Below, piece by piece: positions 1-12,571 of a DNA stretch of 64,000 nucleotides. Below the pieces are notes generated by a model. That model was not told where the DNA came from. It did no database searches and saw only the letters and a list, made by a program, of their open reading frames with translations. This stretch comes from Negaprion brevirostris. Lineage: Eukaryota. How positions within the stretch are numbered: position 1 is the first letter of the stretch; each line of letters starts with the position of its first letter. Both the position numbers and the translations under genes were made by a program. The stretch covers positions 43,333,943 through 43,397,942 of the forward strand of contig JARDVH010000073.1 in NCBI GenBank assembly GCA_030324005.1, read 5' to 3'.

Positions 1-1619
1 ACGATATATTTGGCAGCAAATTTATTGGATAACAGCTGTCTGGGGTCAGACATATGGTAAAAGTAAAAGCTTCAGATGAAAAATAATTTTATTCCATTAT
101 AGTATGAATGAGTAATGTTTGCCAACAAAGCTAATCTCATTATTTTAGAAGAGAAGTCCATATTATTCTTCAAGGATAGATAGTGAAGTTTTTGAATAAA
201 CTAGATGGAAGGATAATCCAGATAAAAGTTGGTGTTATACCTGAAGACATACATGTTTTTAGCATTGCACTAATACCAGTGAATGGGGGAGGATTTTGTT
301 CAGCAGGCACACAAGTTACAAGAAAATAATAGGCAGAAACCTATAATTACACAATAAGGCTGTAAATCAATTTTGGGTTCTGCAAATGTTTAGAGACATT
401 TAACCACAATTGCCTGACTGAAATATTGCCTTGTAACTCATGACCAGATATTATTTACATTATTTTAAGTAGGAAAATACTCCAGGAAGCAATAACTAAA
501 CAGATAAATTACGGACTAACAGATTCTTAATGTGTGAACAAAAGTTACAAAAAGTGCATTTTAAAATACTGGACCAATCAGTAAAAATATTTGGAATATA
601 AAATTTTGAATCCAATTTCAGAACATTGATGGCTTTTACAATAGTTACAATTATTTCCTATTAGCTGCAGTGATTATTTAATTGATTGCAGCTGATCAAT
701 TTAGATTCTGAATATGATTAGTGTAATAGATGAAAAATGTGAACTCTGCAATTGAAACATCAGAATACTCTTTCTTGTGTCACGATTCAAATGGGAGGCA
801 ATCATTGAAATTCAAGATTTATCACATTTTCTGATCTGCCTGTAATGGAGTAAACATGGGCCAAAAGAGAAAATGGTGTGAATGAAGCACAGTGATCTTA
901 ATGTACAAATTGGTCAGCAATTTGTGGACAGGAAGAGATATCTCACGTTGTTAGACAATTTATGCCAGTTGGCCATTAGCTTTGCGAAAATGCCACTTTG
1001 CCCCTTCTCATAAGCTTCACGGAGCTTTTGCATACTCCGATTAATTGTTCATTAAACTCACCACAAAGTTAAGCTCAGTAATTAATAGCATAAATACTCT
1101 TAACAATATAATAATTATGAATTACTGTCAGTCACTTTCTCTGGTCCAGAAAGTGAACAAACAAAAGCTGTCACATTCCTTCAGGCAGTGAAATATCATT
1201 GGAGATCCAGAAATAGTGAAAATTAAAACTTAGGTTTTTATTATTTTTCCTCTTTTCTCCTTTAATCCAATCTTTCTGGTCCTCCCTTTATTTCTCTCCT
1301 TACAGTTAATTGATTTTTAATTCACCCATTCTAATTCACCTTCCTTCTCAGCTCTTAGTTTTATTAAAAGTATACCTGGTTGGTCACATTGTTCACCACT
1401 TTACCAGATACTCTCTTATGCTCAATGTGTGTTAACAGCTTGACTTCAAGCAACTTACAGGTGTGATAGCCCATGTGTTTTTTGGGGGAAAAAAGCTATA
1501 ACTGGAGCTTTCCAGTTGTTCACACCTGAACCATCAATCAAACAATGTTTTCCTTGGGGCTAAGGTGTTCCAGTACTCCAATAGTTGTGTGGGGTCTCAG
1601 CAAGNNNNNNNNNNTCAGT

Positions 1620-2548
1620 TGAGAGCCTAGGCATCCATTAAGGTTATTGAAATAGCATCAGATAAAATATTGCTGTTGATTGTGGAGCCTAGATATGTGA
1701 AGCTATCAACAACCTTCAATGCTACATTAGCAATGGCGGCTGAAAGCAGTATGGAAACATTTTGGACTATGCTATTTGTCTTCCTGATGTTGACGGTCAA
1801 ATCAAACTCTTAATAGGTGTGAGAGAATTTGCTGCTGAATGTGTTCCATTATGTAGAATGCTCATGCAGCATCAACTTGAAGCGAATTTTGAATAAGGAC
1901 TTGGTGCACCTTTGTCTTGGATTTCAGGCAAACAAGGCTGAACAGCTTTCTATCAGTTCTGATAGACAACTGCTGTAGATGACCTGAAGACATATAGCAG
2001 CAGCAAAGAGAAGATGTGCCAAAGAGTGTTGATACCAGAACTCATCCCTGTTTGATCCCACTACAGATATCAAAAGGTTCTGATGTTGCCCCGTTATCGT
2101 TGACCTTACCCATCATGATGTCATGTGAAGAGGTGATTGCATTGGTCAGCCAATTTTCACCAGCAGCTTAAATAGACTGTCTCTTTTGCATGATTAAATG
2201 TCTTGGTGAAATTGATGAAGACAGTATTCACTGGTTTCTTTTGTTCATGGCTTTTCTCTTGCTGGACTGAAGAGATCATGTCAATTGTAAATCTTCTGAT
2301 TCTGAAACCACACTGGGATGCAGGGTAAATGTGTTTTGCCAGGTCCTGCAGTCTGACAAAGGCAAATGGACAAACACTTTCCCCACAGTGCTCAGGCAGC
2401 AAGAAGCCTCAATAGTTGTTGCAACTGATGCAGTTGTCCTTGTTCTTGTACACAATGTTTATGTCGTGCACGTGCTGGGGTACTGCCCTCTCCCTCCAGC
2501 AAAGACAGAGAAACTCATACAGATGCAGCAGAAGCGTCAATTTTCCCA
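1620..2548 (-). mobile_element. RTE-clade LINE, decayed reverse-transcriptase region (non-inverted 3' part)
   Basis: Minus-strand translations GKLTLLLHLYEFLCLCWRERAVPQ..YKNKDNCISCNNY, IYPASQCGFR..TIDMISS..QEKSHEQKKP..FINFTKTFN and VVDSFTYLGST are RTE RT motifs; stops and frameshifts present. Confidence 0.85.
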
Positions 2549-2549
2549 A

Positions 2550-3057
2550 CAAAAAAATGCTGACTCTTTGGAGATCAATCTCACCATGATGGAATTTTCG
2601 TTGAAGCCAAGCGATTCTCTTGTGATAATTACGTAATAGATCCAAACAAGACAACTCTGAACGCACTAAAAGTTGTTCAATGTAAAATGCAACAGACTGC
2701 CAATCAGTGTACCACTGACTACTGGTTACAACTTTGCTAGAATATCCAGACGTCCTTCAACACAGGGAATGCTAGAGGTATATGTGAAGGGATCAAAAAG
2801 GCAACAAGTCCATCACCAAAGAAAATGCCTCCATTGAAAATAATGGGGAGGTCATCAAAAAACGCAAAGTGCAGTTAGAGAGATGTGTGAAATACTACCT
2901 TGAGTTGTGTTCTAGGCAAAACACAGTTACTAAAGAAAGCCTGCCTGACACTGAAGAGTATAAAACCCACAGTCAAGGAATTTAGCAAAGCTAGTGCTTT
3001 GCTTGCCATGGATGCAGCTCCAGGTGATGACGCTATATTGCCAGAATTCATCAAATC
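2550..3057 (+). mobile_element. RTE-clade LINE, endonuclease-RT linker segment, inverted relative to the adjacent piece
   Basis: Plus-strand translation KNADSLEINLTMME..DPNKTTLNALK..KMQQTA..DYWLQLC..GIKKAT..APGDDAILPEFIK is the RTE ORF segment just upstream of the RT. Confidence 0.8.
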
Positions 3058-3203
3058 ATTGTGTTAAATTGATAGGCTCTTGATGACAGAAAGGTGTTGG
3101 ATTATACATACCCTATATATTTCTTATTCTTATTTATCCTGTACATTGTTATACTTAAGTGCAAGTATGATTCAATTACTATTAATATAAGACTATAACA
3201 TAC

Positions 3204-3320
3204 CTGATATAGTGTGTTTCAGACTATCCTTAATCTTTTCCTTATTACGTGGTCGTAGATGGCATTTGGCATCCTTGATCTTGAACCTAGCCTTTTGTTT
3301 TATTGGAGGTGCCAAAGGAT
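3204..3320 (-). CDS. SCUBE1: SCUBE1 coding exon, third spacer exon
   Basis: tttgtttcag|AT CCT TTG GCA...ACT ATA TCA G|gtatgt; 117 nt, phase 1-1. Encodes (D)[38 protein letters not shown], with the SCUBE1 [19 protein letters not shown] motif. Confidence 0.93.
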
Positions 3321-4962
3321 CTGAAACAAACAATGGGTATCTTCAGGATCATAAGGATGTAAGTTGAAATCAACTTACCTCAACAGAAATGAGAGATCAG
3401 TGCAACATTTTGTTGTTTCATAGCATTTTGCATGGGTGGACAAACTCCCACCAATAAAGGTTGCTTTATTTCTTAACTTCTGCTCACACAAATTGGATAG
3501 GTAGCATGTTTGATATTGGGATTGGAGATTATTGTAGGAACAAGTTTAGGCCACTTGCTCAAACTTTCCCCCATCTTTGCCCTACTCTTCATTTCTTGTG
3601 TCTTCCAAGCCCAGTTTTCTCAGAAATGCAGAGCAGAGAATTCCATTGGATTGGAGGAGAGGCAGGGAAAGACAGGACATTCCTCCTTTTATGGCACCAG
3701 CTGCCAAGTGGTAAGTTTAAAGATCCAGTGTGAATGTTAGTGAATAGTGAGTGAACGGACAGATGGGTAGGCTGACAGGTGGGTTGGGGGCTGGTCAGAC
3801 TGAACAGCATGGCAACACCTGCAAATAGGTAGTGGGGAAGGAATCCATGTGTTCTGTCTCCCTGCTCTGTGTATTAAGATTTTGCCATTCAATCTGAGCG
3901 TGCAAAGTTGGCATTGCTTAAATGTTTAAATGATGAGTTTGTATGTAGTAAATCTGCCCCTTAAGTCTATTCATTATAAATTGGTACACTCATGACCTCT
4001 TCGGAATGCTTTTCACATTGGGCAGGATGCTCATATTTATGTATACTTGTGGCTCTGTTCTTTCATTAGAATAAACTTTAATGTCCTCAGTGTGCCTGGG
4101 ACCACAAAGTACATTGCGTGAGCATGGGNNNNNNNNNNNNNNNNNNNNNNNNNNNNNNNNNNNNNNNNNNNNNNNNNNNNNNNNNNNNNNNNNNNNNNNN
4201 NNNNNNNNNNNNNNNNNNNNNNNNNNNNTGAGCATGGGCAATCTCACTTTCTACCCATGCTTATGGATGTTTAGGTCTTCAGGAGCATCTGTTTAAGAGA
4301 TCTCAACATGCAACCTGCAGTGAAAGTACAAAATCACACCAGGTCAAGTGTAATCTCTACAAATCACTCACATTCTTTGCAGATGTCAAGTATGGAGCCT
4401 ATGCATGGACCATGTATATGTAGCAATTTTCAAATTAATTTACTTTAGTGGCATAAATGAACATGCAACCACTTAAGTGATTGGAGTAGCAATGCACATT
4501 TGAGAAAACCTCTGTGCATTGACAGGGGGAAGTCGGGAGAGGGAACCTGACAATCATCATTCAGACAATATGAAACTATAATTGTTTGGGGATTTTGATT
4601 GTTTAAGAGCTGGTGCCACCATTGTGAACTTGTAGCATTTCTAACATTAAGAGATATGCATTTTCACTCCACCATCAAAAAAGCTGGAGTTTTACAGAGA
4701 GTTTTGCAGCCACCTATGATTCTGTGGTATTCATTTTCCAGTCCAAAAATTAAGTAAGCCAATAGAAGTGCACAATAAGTCTCTTCAGCCTCGTGAAGCT
4801 GAACATCAAGATTTTCTTAATTGTAGGAATTGAGACACGAAAATTGAAAGACAGAGCTGCCTTTCCTACAAAGTCATATCAGCCACTGACACTGAAAAGT
4901 GAAACATTCTCAGCGGTACACTGCATATTTTACTTCAGATCAATCCTGTTTGGGAAGATTAC

Positions 4963-5055
4963 CTGCACAGTTGGGTAGAGTTGCATTTCGTTTCTGGGAA
5001 GATTTTGTTGGGTGTATTGGAATCCCACAACTCAAAGTATAGCTGTTTTCAGAAT
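4963..5055 (-). CDS. SCUBE1: SCUBE1 coding exon, second spacer exon
   Basis: ttttcatccag|AT TCT GAA AAC AGC...AAC TGT GCA G|gtaatc; 93 nt, phase 1-1. Encodes (D)SENSYTLSCGIPIHPTKSSQKRNATLPNCA, with the DSENSYxLSCG motif and an N-x-T sequon. Confidence 0.92.
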
Positions 5056-5465
5056 CTGGATGAAAAAAAGGTTGTACATTAGATGAAGGTGGAAATCTCT
5101 TCATTGAAGCCGATGAATAACTAATTTATTAAATTGAATTCTACGTTGTCGTATGACTGCTACACCACTGCCACCCACATGGAGTGTTCTTTTGCATTTT
5201 CCCAAATCAGTTTGCTATCAGGTTGTTCATTAAAAGAATTGCATAACTTTATTCCCTTTCCATTGTNNNNNNNNNNNNNNNNNNNNNNNNNNNNNNNNNN
5301 NNNNNNNNNNNNNNNNNNNNNNNNNNNNNNNNNNNNNNNNNNNNNNNNNNNNNNNNNNNNNNNNNNNNNNNNNNNNNNNNNNNNNNNNNNNNNNNNNNNN
5401 NNNNNNNNNNNNNNNNNNNNNNNNNNNNNNNNNNNNNNNNNNNNNNNNNNNNNNNNNNNNNNNNC

Positions 5466-5595
5466 AATGGTATGGCTCCAAGTCAGGATGGTGTGCGGTT
5501 TGGAGGGAAACTTGCAGGTGGTGGTGTTCCCATGCAACTGCTTCCCTTATCTTTTAGGTTGCAGAGATGGCAGGTTTAGTAGGTGCTACTGAAGG
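5466..5595 (-). mobile_element. Fragment of the CR1/L2-group LINE also seen at 26650-27620
   Basis: Reverse complement resembles 27540-27610 (accacctgcaagttt/atcccctccaaa..cacac). Confidence 0.55.
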
Positions 5596-6231
5596 AAGAA
5601 AAGTGCAAGGAACGTCTGCTTCCTATAACCAACATAACCTAACAGTAATGACTTACCCACCAATATTTTCATTGTGATTTTGATAGGTCCTAAAAACAAG
5701 AGGCAGTTACACTCGCTGTCACATGTAAACTTTTTTGACATGGTTAGATTAATGACAACTACCTTATCAGCCAATTTCCATGTAATATGTGATCATTTAA
5801 TATAACCCATCTTCATATTTAAGTATTTGTCGATGTAGTTAAGTTGATCATATTAAGAATTTGATTGGTATGAAAGAAGATAACCTTTTTATAATAAACT
5901 TGATAGAAAACAAATGAAAACTGCTTTCAAAAGGTGATGGATACTTCAACCATAACTTTCTCAAAACAAGTTCTACAAAGATGTAACTTATGAGCCATTG
6001 AGAATTTTAATTAAAAATCCTGCTTCCAAGTCCCCAGAGTAATGTATGTGAATGGGTCACAAATCACTCAACGGAAATAGCTCTACAATCACTTGCAATG
6101 ATTTTGTGTTCGGGGTGAAGTGACAGTGCCGGTGTGCTTGCTGCTGACCTTGAAGAAAGCTGCTCACAAACACCTACTGATTTTTCTGCTGTGTATTTTT
6201 CCATATCCAAATTTAACTCAATTCTGGTGTT

Positions 6232-6395
6232 AGAAAAAGAATGAATTGCATTCATATCATCCTTTTTGAGTGCACAAGATGTCTCAAAGTGCTTTATAGT
6301 CAATGAAATATTATTTAAGTGTCATTGTCATAGTGCAGAAAACACAACAGCCAATTTGAGAACAGCAAACTCCACCAATCAGTAATGTGATTAAG
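6232..6395 (-). mobile_element. DeuSINE (SacSINE1-like) 3' fragment
   Basis: caaagtgctttatagtcaatgaaatatt...cagccaatttgagaacagcaaactcc parallels the longer copy at 44070-44640. Confidence 0.55.
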
Positions 6396-6864
6396 ACAGT
6401 AGTAGTGACAATTTACCAGTCCTGCCATTAGTGGGCACTGTTGTGGGCAGGACCAAGTGGCCACAAGTCCATGGACTTTTGGCGAGAATTTCTAATCCTG
6501 CCAAAGTTCACGCCCTGTGACTCAGTATGCTGAACAAATCCAATTAAATCTTTTGAACAACCTTATTTGGGGTTGGTGAGGATGGGGTGTGGGATGGTTA
6601 TTGTGAAGTTAAAGTGTAAGTAATCAAAGTTCTGAAATCTTCTGAGTGATTTCTAAAGTTTTGTTTTCGCTGTAATGACGGCAAAAGCTGATAGTTTTGC
6701 CATTGTTCCTACCACAAAGTTACAAGCACGAATCATTTTCATTCTGTGAGCTGACTGGTTGCATCAATATCCTCTCATTAGATATTGCTGCAAACTAGTT
6801 AATAGATTAACTGGCAGCAGTATCAACTTGCCCAGCTAATTTTCATTTATCGTACAAATTGCTA

Positions 6865-7052
6865 TGAATTGAAATGCATTGCTTGAAAGGGTGATGGAAG
6901 CAGATTCAATGGTAACTTTCAAAATGGAATAGATGCTTGGATGGATAAATTTGCAGGGCAATGCTAAGGGAGCAAGAGAGGGGGAAGAATTGGCAGCTCT
7001 TTCAAAGAACTACTATAGGCACAAACAATGAGCCAATCTGTACTGTATGATT
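6865..7052 (+). mobile_element. CR1 LINE 3' end fragment
   Basis: gaaagggtgatggaagcagattcaat...ctctttcaaagaac...tgtactgtatgatt, a typical shark CR1 3' end. Confidence 0.6.
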
Positions 7053-10000
7053 TTAAACAAAAGACAGAAGAAAACACTAGATTATTCTTGTATTGTTGTT
7101 CATTAACTGTTGTGAAAATGCTTTAATCAAAACTGGAGAATGTCACCTACTTGAAAGGAATATGACTATATTGCAGAATGTTGTTTTTAGAAACCTCCCC
7201 ATGTTTTGCTCTGATGTTGTTGAAATCTTTACTGTAAGCACAATCATGACCCTTTTAATTATCATGCTAATCCCTACTAGTTTATAATGATCAAGTTTGG
7301 CAGTACTTCAATTCCATTTAAAACTTCAATAAAGTGAAGCAACTTAACAAACATTATGGATTTTTATGAAGTATATTTCTATAGTGCTGAGTGATACATT
7401 CATGTTGCTTCTTGTTCTGACTTGACCGGTAACATAAATAAGATACTATAGGTGAGAAAAGTAGATTTTCTGGTTATTCTATGAAAATAAACAAGTTCAC
7501 TACCAGTGATCTGATTTCTGAATTTAAGGCTAATTCAACTTAATGGCCAGAATTTGCCTCACTTAAAAAGAAAATCCAAATAATCCAAAATGATGGGAAG
7601 GACCTGAATTTGGAAGTCCCACTTCCATTTCCAACAGCTTCTATTTTATTGATCAGGGAAAGAAGGGCATGACTCACAAGAGAAAACTGAACTCAGTCGA
7701 GTCTACTGAACTTTTTGATCAAACCCTGTTTCACTGTAGCAAACGCCTTAACTTACAATGTGGAAGTCACAAATTTTTAAGAGAATTATGCCATTATTCA
7801 TGCTTGGCTATTTCAACCGAGCATTATCGCAGTAGGGGATTGCAGAAAGCCAAATTGGGCCTTTTAAGCAGCCCCACTCAGCACTCAGCAACTCCTGTGG
7901 CCTCTGATTTGCATTTGGAGATGGATAGACTTGACCCAACCTCCACACCTGCTCCTCCCACCCTGAGTGAAGATCCTGCTATTTGGGGCCTTTCTGCCAA
8001 GGCATGCATTTTGACCCAGGAGATTTCCCGTGACTACAACACAACTTGGGAGCAAAACTCTGAGCCTATTTCCATGTCCCAACCCTGCTCATGTCACCAG
8101 TGTGCTCTATGGTGAGGTTTTATGGGAGGCAATCAAATAACACACCATGTTCATCAAACAATTAGAAATGGCAAGTGGACACCAGGGCCAATCAGAATGG
8201 TCAATGACAATGGATGTCAACAGTTTCAATGAGAATGGTGTGTTCTGCTCAGGTATATAAGAAGCAAACAGCTGCACTGGATGGAGGGTCAGAACCAATG
8301 CTGGAGTTGCCAGCCATGTCCTGATGCCCAGCAGAAGCTATTCCCTCCATCTACAAAGGAAACACTTCCAGATGAAATATTTCCCAGTTGAAGTACTGCA
8401 GAGTAAGATTTGGATCCTTTAAAATAATCTCAGCATATTTCTGCCCTGTTGTTCCTNNNCTCCTGCACTGCACTTGCCTCCTGTGAGGAAGTGAGCTGCA
8501 GATACAGTTGGGATTCCATTGAACATTTGGAGCTCCAAATTAAGGTAAAATTGAGCTATTAAATATTTTCTGTGGTTGCGCGCAAATGACTGCTGGCAGG
8601 GATGGTTTCCATGCTAACTCCCTGGAGAATACAGGTGAAGAGGCAGGGAAATGTTAAGGAGCCAACCTAATAGATTTCTTCAGAACATTCCCCCCTCCCC
8701 CCCTCCCCAATTCTTCAAAGCTGCCTAGATTCACCAATGTTTATGTACAGCGTTGTGGCATACACATGAGTGATTAGAGATGGGCAACAAAAATAATATT
8801 GGTTGAGCCAGAAGTCTATATCCAGTTAACTTTCTAAAAAGCTTATTCCATAATCAAATAGCAATTTCTCAGTACATGTGGATACTATTTCACCAATGTA
8901 CACTATCATTTGATCAGCAAAACTGTTCTGGTTTCATGGTACAGTTTTAAAATTTCTCTTAAATTCTGCCCAGAGATGGTTAAACATTCAATAAAATCAA
9001 AAAATCTTGACAAGGCAAGGCCATTTTAAAACAAGAACTTAGTGGCTGGATGGAAACTACAGAGCAGGTTTGTGAATTGGGAGCTTTGTAGTTGAGGAAG
9101 TATTGTTATTAACACTCCAGTAAAGTGAACCGGCCACTGCCTCAAGCGCATGTCCTTTTTACATCCCGCTTGATGCGCGTGTCAGTAGCTTACACAAATG
9201 TCACAGTAGGAAGTAATGAGGATGGAGACTCATCTACTGGAGTAGAGGGATTAAAGCTTGGAACAGCTAACTATCAGTGGAGAATAATTGCAGGCAGTCA
9301 GGTTTGGGCTGGAAGGGATTAGTAGACAGCAGAAAGGTTGGAATGGAAAAGTATTTTGATGAGGGTGTGGATGGGTGGATAAGTAAATTTNNNNNNNNNN
9401 GGGTGGAAGAGAGGGGGAAAGAGTTGAGTTTTTATGCATCAGCAGAACAGGAGTGGGGTTAAAATTCTGTTCACCAGGGAGGGATGCGAGTTGAGATTCC
9501 ATTTAAACATCAGAGCCAAAAACCTTGCTGCTTGAGTGGGTAGGGGGGATCCGAAATGTTTTCTGGGGAGTGTGCTGAGGAATAAAGACAAGTTCAGTGA
9601 GGGTTAAAGGATTGCGAGTCAAATTGTCTCTACACTGAGAAGAAAAAGAGGGTTCATAGCAAGAACCTGCCTAGTGTAGAGACTGTGGAGCTTAAAAAAA
9701 AGGGAACTTGCTTTGCTGAAGGAATGATCTTGCTCTGTGGAGCACATTGAAGCTTTGATCAGTTGGGTGGGGATTAGTTGTGATTAGCTTGTTTAGAGTT
9801 GATGTGCTTTGTCCAACCACACTGTGATAAATTTGTCACATAACATTCCGCTTTCTGCATCGCTTAAAGGTGCTGCAATATTTAAGTGTTGAGGCTAATA
9901 TATGTGCAGAACCAGGATTAAAGTGTCAACCCACTGTGGTTTCTACTGAATGCATTGTATTTATTAAACTATTGGAATAGTTATTAGTCAGATACATCTG

Positions 10001-10216
10001 ATTATTATTTCATCCTCTAAAGCTGCCAGTAGTCAAATATCTTACATATATCTAATTTTGGTTTTACACTTACATATTAAATAATGTTGAAAACTTGCCT
10101 TTTTGTTAACAGAATTACTGTGAATTTCTATACGCCATCAAAATACTTTGAACACACTTTCCATGCATCCTTCACTGCTACGGTGTTTGCACAATCATGA
10201 AAAAGTGAATACTAAC

Positions 10217-10336
10217 CTGCTACAAAGAGTGCCTTTGATGGACAGGACAGAGAGCAGCTCTCTACTCCTCCACTCTTACTACAGATCAGCTGGACCTTGC
10301 GTGCAATCTTTGCATTTCGGAGACATTTCACCGCCT
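10217..10336 (-). CDS. SCUBE1: SCUBE1 coding exon, first spacer exon
   Basis: ctccctcag|AG GCG GTG AAA TGT...TTT GTA GCA G|gttagt; 120 nt, phase 1-1. Encodes (E)[39 protein letters not shown], matching the SCUBE1 QLxCSKxGGVESCxLSCP motif. Confidence 0.92.
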
Positions 10337-10589
10337 CTGAGGGAGAGTGAGTCATTGATTACATTCAAAGAATTACAAGGTAGAGTTACCCTCGCTAATT
10401 GAGTGTTTTATTGCAGTTAGAAATATTCAGAAACAATGCATATCACATTACCCTAGTGGTTACTAGGTCTGCATCTGGACGGATTGAATACATCAGTAAA
10501 AGATACAAGTACCTACTCCAGGTATAAAGATAATGCTATTTAAACATCTCTTGGTTAAGCTGTGATACACCACCTTGTATTTTTACTGC

Positions 10590-11535
10590 ACCCATTTAAA
10601 AATGTCGCAGAATGCAGACAAAATTTGACACTACCGCAGTAAAGGAGATATTGCAGGACATGACCAAAAGCTTAGTCAAAGGAACCTTGTAAGGAACATT
10701 CTAAAGAAGGAGAAAGACGCACAGAGGTGGAGAGAGACTTTCAAAGGGAATTCCAAAGTTTAGGGTGTAGGCAGTTGAAAGCATTGTTGGCAATGGAGAT
10801 ATCAGAGGGTTAAGGGCTGGAGGAGAATTTGATAACAAGGGGTCTGTCCATGGAGGAATATGCAAATAAAGAAAAAAAATTAAAATTGAGGCACTGATGA
10901 GCCAGAACCAGCATGGGTCAGGAAGCACAGAATGATGGATAAACCATGAGTTAGTGCCAGTTACGATACAGGCAGCACTATGAGCTGAAAGAGGGTGGAA
11001 AATGGAAGGCTTTGCAACAAACATATCTGGAGGCACCAAAAGCACGGATGAGGGTTCCTGCAGCAGACATGGCGAGGCAGGGTTGGGAACAGGCAATAGT
11101 ATGGAGGTAGAAATAAGCGGTCTTGGTAATGGAGAGCAGATGGACTCAGAAGCTCAGCTCGGGGACAATCCTGATGCTGAGGTTGTGAAAAATGTGGCTG
11201 AACTCCAGCAGAGGCCAAGGAGGAGGCTGGAGTAAGTGGCTGGGTAACAAAGTCTGTGGTGGAAACTGAAAACAATGGCTTCAGTCTTTCCCAAATCTAA
11301 TTGGAACAAATTTCTGTTCATCCTATTCTGATGTCAGACAAGCAACATGCCAAATCAGATCCAATGAAACAGCTGAGAGAGAAGGTGGTGAGATACGCTT
11401 GGATGTTGTCAGCACTTATGCAAAATCTGACATTAGTTTTTGGAGGATTTGCCAAGAAACAGTGCATAAGTGAGAAGTAGAAGAGACCCAAGGATAGAAC
11501 CAGGGAACAATCCAGAGGCGGGAATAGAAGCCTTT
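10590..11535 (-). mobile_element. L2-clade LINE 3' portion, decayed
   Basis: Minus strand encodes ..PELSF..SITKTAYFYLHTIAC.. (L2 RT C-terminus), followed by an L2-type 3' region (aactttggaattccctttg). Confidence 0.7.
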
Positions 11536-12374
11536 TAACAGATCCTCAGGCAAACTGAGTCAAATTCCATAAAAATAATACTGACAAATGTGCTGAAGAT
11601 GTATTGACAACCTATCTGAATTTGTAACAATTCTGTTGCTTCTAAGTGGAGAAAGTTGCTGGTGAATGTTTTATAATGAAGAGATATGGAATGGAATGCA
11701 TGACAATTATTTAATTGAAGGGATACTTTTGCAAAATTGCTAACAATGGATTTCAACCTGGTTTCATATTTTTGGGATTTAACAAACTAATTGTAACATA
11801 ACTAATTGAATTCTGCTTTACAGCTAGTGGGATAATCTTAAAAAATGCAAGAGGAGATTTGAAAACTGTGCAGACTAATAATGTTGTGTATGCACAGTTT
11901 TGCAACTTTTTTTTCCTGTTTTTCCATCATTCCCCTTCAATTTTTCCATAATGCATATTTAGTTAAAAGTACAGGTTGCTTGCTGCATGTTGTATGTCAT
12001 CTTAGAACGTTGGCATTGACTGTGATGCTAAAGATCTTTCTGTGCAGTTGCAGGAAATAAGGAATCTGACATTTGGCATGCAAGTCAGCAAAAAGTGTCT
12101 GATTAATCAGTGAAAAAGAACAGTGAAATTAACTAGGCAGCACATTTCCCAAACAAAATATACTTTCATGAAGGATGTAGACACAGTGAAGCCTTCCCTT
12201 GTTTGCTGGAGCAGACGAGTGAAGGAGCAGAGAGACAGATAAGAAATTACCTGTTAAAAACCTGTTTAAATAAGNNNNNNNNNNNNNNNNNNNNNNNNNN
12301 NNNNNNNNNNNNNNNNNNNNNNNNNNNNNNNNNNNNNNNNNNNNNNNNNNNNNNNNNNNNNNNNNNNNNNNNNN

Positions 12375-12445
12375 TTATTGAATGGCGGGGCAGGCTCGAA
12401 GGGCTAGATGGCCTACTCCTGCTCCTATTTCTTATGTTCTTATGT
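12375..12445 (+). mobile_element. CR1 LINE 3' terminus next to a gap
   Basis: attgaatggcggggcaggctcgaagggctagatggcctactcctgctcctatttcttatgttcttatg: CR1 terminal stem-loop plus short tandem tail. Confidence 0.75.
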
Positions 12446-12571
12446 AAAAAAAAATGAAACCACAACAATTAGAGGAACACAGTTCTAGTTTAAATGATAA
12501 AAAAACTATATAATTCAATGCATTGAATTACAAATATTTTAATCTGAGAAGTGAGGTTGTGCCTACAAAAA

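Noticed and set aside
735-800. SIAEF peptide on the minus strand resembling ITAEFE of the next SCUBE1 exon
   Set aside because: In-frame stop just upstream, no CDSSKK/RRR motif and no matching splice sites; the next exon probably lies outside the window.
6064-6303. 79-aa minus-strand ORF with a polypyrimidine/AG site, considered as an extra SCUBE1 exon
   Set aside because: No SCUBE similarity, it ends in a stop, it overlaps a DeuSINE tail, and the flanking exons already join in frame.
9626-9683. 11-bp inverted repeat gtctctacact/agtgtagagac with an inner ggttc/gaacc stem, considered as a ribozyme or pre-miRNA
   Set aside because: No CUGANGA/GAAA core and the stem is too short for a pre-miRNA; may be chance or part of an old repeat.
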